This document shows, one piece after another, positions 7,474 through 12,168 of a stretch of 12,168 nucleotides of DNA; the first letter of the stretch is position 1, and each line of letters starts with the position of its first letter. This stretch comes from Vulcanimicrobiaceae bacterium (GTDB taxonomy: Bacteria > Vulcanimicrobiota > Vulcanimicrobiia > Vulcanimicrobiales > Vulcanimicrobiaceae): the NCBI GenBank assembly GCA_046262595.1, contig JBHEMM010000003.1, positions 1-12,168 of the forward strand. Direction: 5' to 3'. Below the pieces are notes generated by a model that saw nothing but the letters and a program-made list of their open reading frames with translations, did no database searches and had not been told where the DNA came from. The translations under genes and the position numbers were made by a program.

Positions 7474-7941
7474 CTACTTGACTAAATCGGCGGCCGTTAT
7501 CTCTTCGAGATATTCGAACAATTGCGGCAACGTGATCTTCTCGAGCGCCGATTGCTTGAGGCTGCCTTCGCCGTCTTCGCCCTCATCGCGAATGTAGCAG
7601 CGCGATTCCACGCCGCCTTCGGAGTCGCTGATGAACGATACGGCGAAACCTTTTCCCGGCATCTCGTCGTAGATGCGCATGGTCGCCGGGTTCAATATTT
7701 CGATCGAGTGGCTTTGCGAGTTCGCATCGAAAATCGTGATCGTCAGATAGTCGCGGTTGACCACTTCGATCGCGCCGACGACGAAGACATTTTTCGCGGA
7801 GAAAAATTCGTGCCCGCGCTTGTTCCGGCTCGACACTTCGTAGAAGACGCGATGAGCGACGAACCTGCCCAGTATTTTGCGCAGCGTCGCAAGCGAGGCG
7901 AGCGTTTCAGTACGGTTGCCTCTCGTGTAGATGATCTTCAA
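7474..7941 (-). CDS. Hypothetical protein, beta-rich core with acidic C-terminus
   Basis: Protein-like composition and fills the gap exactly. Probable TTG start at 7941 with AAGG upstream, giving ~155 aa. No family recognised. Confidence 0.7.
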   Translation of the reverse strand: MKIIYTRGNRTETLASLATLRKILGRFVAHRVFYEVSSRNKRGHEFFSAKNVFVVGAIEVVNRDYLTITIFDANSQSHSIEILNPATMRIYDEMPGKGFAVSFISDSEGGVESRCYIRDEGEDGEGSLKQSALEKITLPQLFEYLEEITAADLVK

Positions 7942-8003
7942 GGCGACCAACCTTGCACGGGGCCGGAGGAGGGCCCTGCCCACATGACGTACGGCCGCAG
8001 CTG

Positions 8004-8243
8004 ATGCTCTCATTACCGGATATGGCGATTCTTGGCGTGCTGGCGCTGCTCGTGTTCGGCGAGGAACGGCTGCCGAAGATCGTTCGCCAAGCCGGCCGCG
8101 CGATGCGCGAGGTGCAGAACACCTCCCAATCCTTCGTGCGCGAAATGGAGCGGGCCGCGGATCTGAACGAACCGCGGCCGCCCGTTACGCCGGCGCCCGC
8201 GCCCGAAGAGCTCGAAACGATTGCCGGATCGGAAGAGAGCTAA
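8004..8243 (+). CDS. Twin-arginine translocase TatA/TatB family subunit (TatB-like)
   Basis: MLSLPDMAILGVLALLVFGEERLPKIVRQAGRAMREVQ has a short TM, FG hinge, ERLP, an amphipathic helix and a Pro/acidic tail. Start reassigned to ATG 8004. Confidence 0.85.
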   Translation: MLSLPDMAILGVLALLVFGEERLPKIVRQAGRAMREVQNTSQSFVREMERAADLNEPRPPVTPAPAPEELETIAGSEES

Positions 8244-8533
8244 ATGTTAAAGTTCTGCCGGATGTCGTTGATGCGCTGCTGCAGCAGCGTGCGCGCCTGA
8301 CCTTGCAGTTTCTCTTTTTGGTCGTTCGGAAGCCGCTGATACACTAAATATCCCGCCGCCGAAATCAATCCGCCGAGCACGCCGACTAAGAGCGCCTTGC
8401 CCGCCTCGCCGCTGCCGCTGTTTTCCGTGTTTTCGTAACTCACTCGCGCGTTCTCCGCATAGGTGCCTTGATAACCGTTGGCCGCCGTCCACGTTTCAGA
8501 GGGCGAGGACGACGATGAAGATGTTTCCGACAT
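8240..8533 (-). CDS. Small single-TM hypothetical protein (weakly YtxH-like)
   Basis: Strong SD GGAGG 6 nt before ATG 8533. Ser-rich disordered N-terminus, TM ALLVGVLGGLISAAGYLVY and a C-terminal helix; 97 aa. Confidence 0.75.
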   Translation of the reverse strand: MSETSSSSSSPSETWTAANGYQGTYAENARVSYENTENSGSGEAGKALLVGVLGGLISAAGYLVYQRLPNDQKEKLQGQARTLLQQRINDIRQNFNI

Positions 8534-8576
8534 AAGAAGCCTCCGTTTCTCGTTTACCGTCCCTCTTACCCGGTTG

Positions 8577-8915
8577 TTACGTTTCGACCGCGTTTCGCGA
8601 GGACACGTGCCCGGGATACTGCGAGGCGATCTGCTCGACCGCGAGACGGGCGGTTTCGACGATCGCAATTACCCGTTCGTCGCCGCGCGCGCTCGGCGGC
8701 CAGCGCATCGAGAGTTCGCCGGGTTCTTGGCGCACGTCCAACGGCAATTTCGCATGCGCCTCGAGCCCTAAGCGCGCCGCTTGAAGAATACCCGAAACTG
8801 CAGCACACACCAGCGAATACTCATCGCTGCTGGTCTGCGGAAGCTCGACATGGCCCCCGGCAAAAATAGAAGACAGCCGATTGTGGCTGTCCCTTCGGAA
8901 AACGACCTCGAGCAA
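8577..8915 (-). CDS. prp: Ribosomal-processing cysteine protease Prp (DUF464)
   Basis: GH...VCAAVS His/Cys dyad, C-terminal QIASQYPGHV, ~112 aa, directly downstream of rplU. Confidence 0.88.
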   Translation of the reverse strand: MLEVVFRRDSHNRLSSIFAGGHVELPQTSSDEYSLVCAAVSGILQAARLGLEAHAKLPLDVRQEPGELSMRWPPSARGDERVIAIVETARLAVEQIASQYPGHVSSRNAVET

Positions 8916-8923
8916 GGCAGCCC

Positions 8924-9241
8924 TTACGGCAGCTGGATCTTCGTGATCTTGATTTCGGCGAAACGCTGACGGTGACCGGTCAATTTGCGCACGCGCTTCT
9001 TCGGCTTGTACTTGAAGACGAGGATCTTCTTGTCTTTGTCTTGCCGCAGCACGGTGCCGGTGACGCTTGCGCCGTTCACCAGGGGCGCGCCGACGCTGAC
9101 CGCGTCGCCGCCGCCGCTAGCCAGGATAACGCGGTCGAACGTGACGTCGGAGCCGACTTCGCTCTCGAGCAGGTCGGTTTTAATGACATCGCCCTCGGCG
9201 ACCTTATACTGCTTGCCGCCGGTTTCGATAATCGCGTACAT
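8924..9241 (-). CDS. rplU: 50S ribosomal protein L21
   Basis: MYAIIETGGKQYKVAEGD...FKYKPKKRVRKLTGHRQRFAEIKITKI. Confidence 0.98.
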   Translation of the reverse strand: MYAIIETGGKQYKVAEGDVIKTDLLESEVGSDVTFDRVILASGGGDAVSVGAPLVNGASVTGTVLRQDKDKKILVFKYKPKKRVRKLTGHRQRFAEIKITKIQLP

Positions 9242-9250
9242 AACTTTGGA

Positions 9251-9280
9251 ACTTTATCAGAGCGCCTAAGGGTGTGTCAA
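9251..9280 (-). promoter_or_regulatory. sigma70-type promoter for rplU-prp
   Basis: On the minus strand: perfect TTGACA (9280-9275), an 18-nt spacer ending in TGA, then TAAAGT (9256-9251), only 9 nt before the ATG. Confidence 0.72.
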
Positions 9281-9316
9281 CGCCGTTGGGCGGCTTAGGC
9301 AGCCCGGCCATCTCCT

Positions 9317-11578
9317 TCACGGCGTGAGCGTGAGTGTTTCGCGAGCGGCTGCCTGGACCGCCCCCCTGGTGAACGGCAGAGGCTGGAGCTGGTCGCCTGT
9401 CCACGCGGCGCGCTCATCATTATAATGGCCCGAGCCCGGCTCGCCGGATTCTCCGCTTGGCAAGATGATGCCGCCGGCGTCCCAATCTCCCGTATCCCAG
9501 ACGGCGCGAAAGCTCTGCGAGTGGGGGCTCGGCGTAAGCACGTGGAGGGCGAAAGCATCGCCATCGCCCGGCAGTGCGCCGCCGTTCAAAAAGTTCAAAC
9601 CCAGCGGCGCCAGCGGATGCTTCACTTCAACGGCGCCCGCGGTGCTCCACGGCTGCAGCAGCGCCGCTGCATCGCGCCCGATGGCTCTGCGCAGTGTGCT
9701 TAAAAGGAAATCGTCGTAGTCGCTCGCGGGCCACCAGCCTTTGGGCCGCTCGCGCAGAACACGCAGCAGCAAGATGAGGTCCGCATTCTGCGCGCTGGCG
9801 ATGTAACCGCCGTACGCACCGCCGGCGTTGTACGAGGCAAGATCCGAGGCGGCCAGGCGCCGGAACGCGTACATCAGCGTAGCGGCGCGCGACGTGCGCT
9901 CGAACCGCCCGTTCCAGCCGCGCAGTTCCCGAACGTACGGCAAAAGCGCCGGATCGTTCGCAACGCCTTTGCGGCGGATTGCCGCAAGCAAATCGGCCGC
10001 AAGTTCGCGTTCAGGCAGCGAGAGCGTGTCTGACTGCATCGCGAAGAAGGCCGCCGCATCGTGCGCTCGCGCGCCGGCCAAAAGTTCCGCAATGCGTTTG
10101 GCGCGATACGGCGGCGAAAAGTTGGCGGAAAGCCGCAAGGGATACCCCGCGCCGTACGGCCGGTTGTTCGCCGTGAACACGGCCGCATCGCGCGCGGCGT
10201 CCACATGGGGCAGGCGATCAAAAGGGACAAAGCCGTACAGCGGATCGCTTCGTGCGTGCACACGCAAACCCCATGACGGATCGTCGGGAACCAGCCCCGC
10301 AAGATGATACGCCGCCGTTCCGTCCGTGGAAGCGAGCACGAAATTTTGCGGCGGTCCGGGATAGAGGCGCAGCGCTTGCATCCCTTGCGCGATGCTGCCC
10401 GCGTCGTTCAGTGCGGCAAACGCGGCGAGCGGACTCGATGCAAGCCGCACCGCGTTCCAATCAACGACGTGCCGTCCGTCGATCGCAAAGCCGCGCGCCG
10501 TTGAGAGATACGCGCGCCGCACATCTTTTGCGAACCGCACGTGAAACGTTTCTTCGCGGCGCACCGCATGCCGCAGATCGGCTTCGTAGACGACTTCGGT
10601 GACCACCGTGCCGTTCGTCGCGCCCCAAGCGATGCGCTCGTTGTGTCCGAGCACGACGCCGGGAACGCCGGCAAGCGTCGCGCCGGCGGCGTGCGTGCGG
10701 GGGCTGCGCAGCTCGACCAGATACCATACGCCCGGAATGCTCAGGCGCAGATGCGGATCATTCGCAAGCAGCGCCTGGCCGTTCGTCGAACGTCCGCCGC
10801 CCACCGCCCATTCATTGCTTGCCTCACGCGCGTCTTGGTCTGCGCTTGCAACAGCTTTGAGTTGCACCGCCCCCGAGGCGGTGCGGTCGTGCAGGCGCGG
10901 CACTGCGGCGATGCCCCCGGCGGTAACCGGAGCGTCGTATTGCGGATCGGTCGGCGCATACAGATCGCGCTGCATCTGCGGGCCGAGCTCGCGCAGCACC
11001 GTATCGCGCCGCACGACGTCGTCCCAGCGATCGATGAGATCGAGCACGGTCGAAAATCCGGTGACAAGCGAATCCTGCGGCGTCCACGGCTGCGGCTTGT
11101 AAAGCAGCAAGCGAAATTCGGCGGGCAGCGGCTGCGTACGCATCGCCTCGTTCGCGCCGTCGGCAAATGCCTGGAGGTGCACACGCTGGCGCTTGGGCAG
11201 ACGGGCCCACTCGCTGCGTACGACGTCCGCAATCGGTACGATGCGCGCATGCTCGTCTTCCGGCAATGCGGCGCTTCCCAACACCTCCGCAAGCGTGCCG
11301 CGTACGAAGCGTCGCATCAAGTCCATCTGAAACAGCCGGTCCGACGCTTCGGCATATCCCTGCGCGAAGTACAGGTCGCGATCGCTGCTTGCGATGATGT
11401 GCGGAACCGATCGCGCATCGCGCACGATCCGCACCGGTGCCGTCAATCCATTCACGCGAATCGTGCCCGCCGTGCGCGCAACCGCGTGCAGGCCGGCCTG
11501 CGCATTGGCAGCGTACGACGCAACGGTAAGCAGGATGGAAAGCGCGCAAAGCGCGCACAGGCGCTTAAGTCTCGACAA
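9317..11578 (-). CDS. Penicillin acylase family (peptidase S45) Ntn hydrolase, secreted
   Basis: N-terminal signal-peptide-like segment and alpha-chain motifs VRIVRDARSVPHI and FAQGYAEASDRLFQMDL. The beta chain starts SNEWAV...LLANDPHL (nucleophile Ser254), followed by GHNERIAWGATN, TANN and PSGESGEPGSGHYND. Confidence 0.93.
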   Translation of the reverse strand: MSRLKRLCALCALSILLTVASYAANAQAGLHAVARTAGTIRVNGLTAPVRIVRDARSVPHIIASSDRDLYFAQGYAEASDRLFQMDLMRRFVRGTLAEVLGSAALPEDEHARIVPIADVVRSEWARLPKRQRVHLQAFADGANEAMRTQPLPAEFRLLLYKPQPWTPQDSLVTGFSTVLDLIDRWDDVVRRDTVLRELGPQMQRDLYAPTDPQYDAPVTAGGIAAVPRLHDRTASGAVQLKAVASADQDAREASNEWAVGGGRSTNGQALLANDPHLRLSIPGVWYLVELRSPRTHAAGATLAGVPGVVLGHNERIAWGATNGTVVTEVVYEADLRHAVRREETFHVRFAKDVRRAYLSTARGFAIDGRHVVDWNAVRLASSPLAAFAALNDAGSIAQGMQALRLYPGPPQNFVLASTDGTAAYHLAGLVPDDPSWGLRVHARSDPLYGFVPFDRLPHVDAARDAAVFTANNRPYGAGYPLRLSANFSPPYRAKRIAELLAGARAHDAAAFFAMQSDTLSLPERELAADLLAAIRRKGVANDPALLPYVRELRGWNGRFERTSRAATLMYAFRRLAASDLASYNAGGAYGGYIASAQNADLILLLRVLRERPKGWWPASDYDDFLLSTLRRAIGRDAAALLQPWSTAGAVEVKHPLAPLGLNFLNGGALPGDGDAFALHVLTPSPHSQSFRAVWDTGDWDAGGIILPSGESGEPGSGHYNDERAAWTGDQLQPLPFTRGAVQAAARETLTLTP

Positions 11579-11870
11579 AAATCTCGCCGTTTTCGACCCG
11601 CACGCGGTAGGTTGGAAGCGGCAAGATGGCCGGCAGCGTCAGCGCTTCGCCGGTGCGCACGTCGAAATTCGCGCCGTGGCGCGGGCAGACGATGCGGCAG
11701 CCTTCGAGTTCGCCCTGGTCCAGCGGCGCGCCGTCGTGCGTGCAGACGTCCTCGACCGCGTAGATCGTTCCGCCGCCGTTGCAGAGCAGCACTTCAATGC
11801 CGTCCACGACGACGCGTTTCGTGCGGCCTTGAGGTATTTCGCTGATGCGGGCTGCGGGAGCATGCGCCAT
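11565..11870 (-). CDS. Rieske [2Fe-2S] ferredoxin (dioxygenase ferredoxin-like)
   Basis: Ligand motifs CTH and CPRH, plus FDVRTG. Start reassigned to ATG 11870 (101 aa). Confidence 0.93.
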   Translation of the reverse strand: MAHAPAARISEIPQGRTKRVVVDGIEVLLCNGGGTIYAVEDVCTHDGAPLDQGELEGCRIVCPRHGANFDVRTGEALTLPAILPLPTYRVRVENGEIFVET

Positions 11871-12080
11871 GCGAAAGGCGTTCGGCGCATCAGATTGAGG
11901 ACCCGTTTCGGCTCGGCGCGAGACGCTGCATCCGCGCCGCGTGGAGCGACCGAAACATCCGACTCGATTGCTGAAGCCGCTACGCGCTCGAGCGCCGAGC
12001 TGTCTCTGCCGGCAACGGTGTATGTCATGGCCGCGGAGGCCGCAAACCGCCCGCCAGCCGCGCGCAGGCATTTCCAGAAG

Positions 12081-12094
12081 AGACGCTTGCGTCT
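12081..12094. promoter_or_regulatory. Palindromic putative operator AGACGC-TT-GCGTCT
   Basis: Perfect 6-2-6 inverted repeat in a divergent intergenic region, adjacent to a TATAGT -10-like hexamer at 12096-12101. Confidence 0.4.
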
Positions 12095-12117
12095 TTATAG
12101 TCGGAGGGAACGCGGTT

Positions 12118-12168
12118 GTGCGAGCGCGCAACGAGAAGGACATCGTCGTTTGCGGCGCCAGGCGTTCG
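12118..12168 (+). CDS. Start of a gene running off the right edge, possibly a thiolase (acetyl-CoA acyltransferase)
   Basis: GGAGGG 9 nt upstream of GTG 12118. MRARNEKDIVVCGARRS resembles the thiolase N-terminal pattern (E/D)-V-V-I-x-x-A-x-R-(T/S)-P. Only 17 codons are visible. Confidence 0.5.
   Translation, partial: MRARNEKDIVVCGARRS

Noticed and set aside
8500..8525. Ser run in the small membrane protein, the Gln run at the permease N-terminus, and the LCALCAL repeat in the acylase signal peptide
   Set aside because: These are short, use mixed codons and are not DNA-level microsatellites, so there is no case for phase variation.
11639..12143. Upstream extension of the Rieske ORF to 12143 and the overlapping 11639-12028 ORF
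   Set aside because: Low-complexity translations with no convincing SD. The ferredoxin domain is complete from ATG 11870, and the extension would overlap the divergent gene start.
1..12168. CRISPR arrays, tRNA/rRNA genes, IS elements, prophage or defence systems
   Set aside because: By eye I found no spaced repeats, cloverleaf signatures, transposase or integrase motifs, or composition shifts. Nearly all the sequence is accounted for by housekeeping genes.

Overview
GC-rich, gene-dense bacterial chromosomal window of mostly core housekeeping genes. I found no mobile element, CRISPR array, tRNA or rRNA. The minus strand carries a tightly packed run: rplS, three signal peptidase I genes, rbgA (ylqF), rnhB, yraN, a soluble Hanks-type Ser/Thr kinase and an APC permease cut by the left edge. 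This run has its own sigma70-type promoter directly after trmD. The middle holds four small genes in alternating orientation: a stand-alone double Clp-N domain protein, a hypothetical protein, a TatA/B-family protein and a small membrane protein. To the right are rplU-prp without rpmA, a secreted penicillin-acylase-family Ntn hydrolase overlapping a Rieske ferredoxin, and a probable thiolase start at the right edge. rbgA and prp in a high-GC genome suggest a Terrabacteria lineage such as Ca. Eremiobacterota; this is inference only. No complete novel system is demonstrable from sequence alone. The best leads are the kinase coupled into the rbgA operon, the triple lepB with one copy apparently lacking a canonical start codon, the stand-alone Clp-N protein, Prp separated from its substrate gene, and the rplS and rplU leader architectures.
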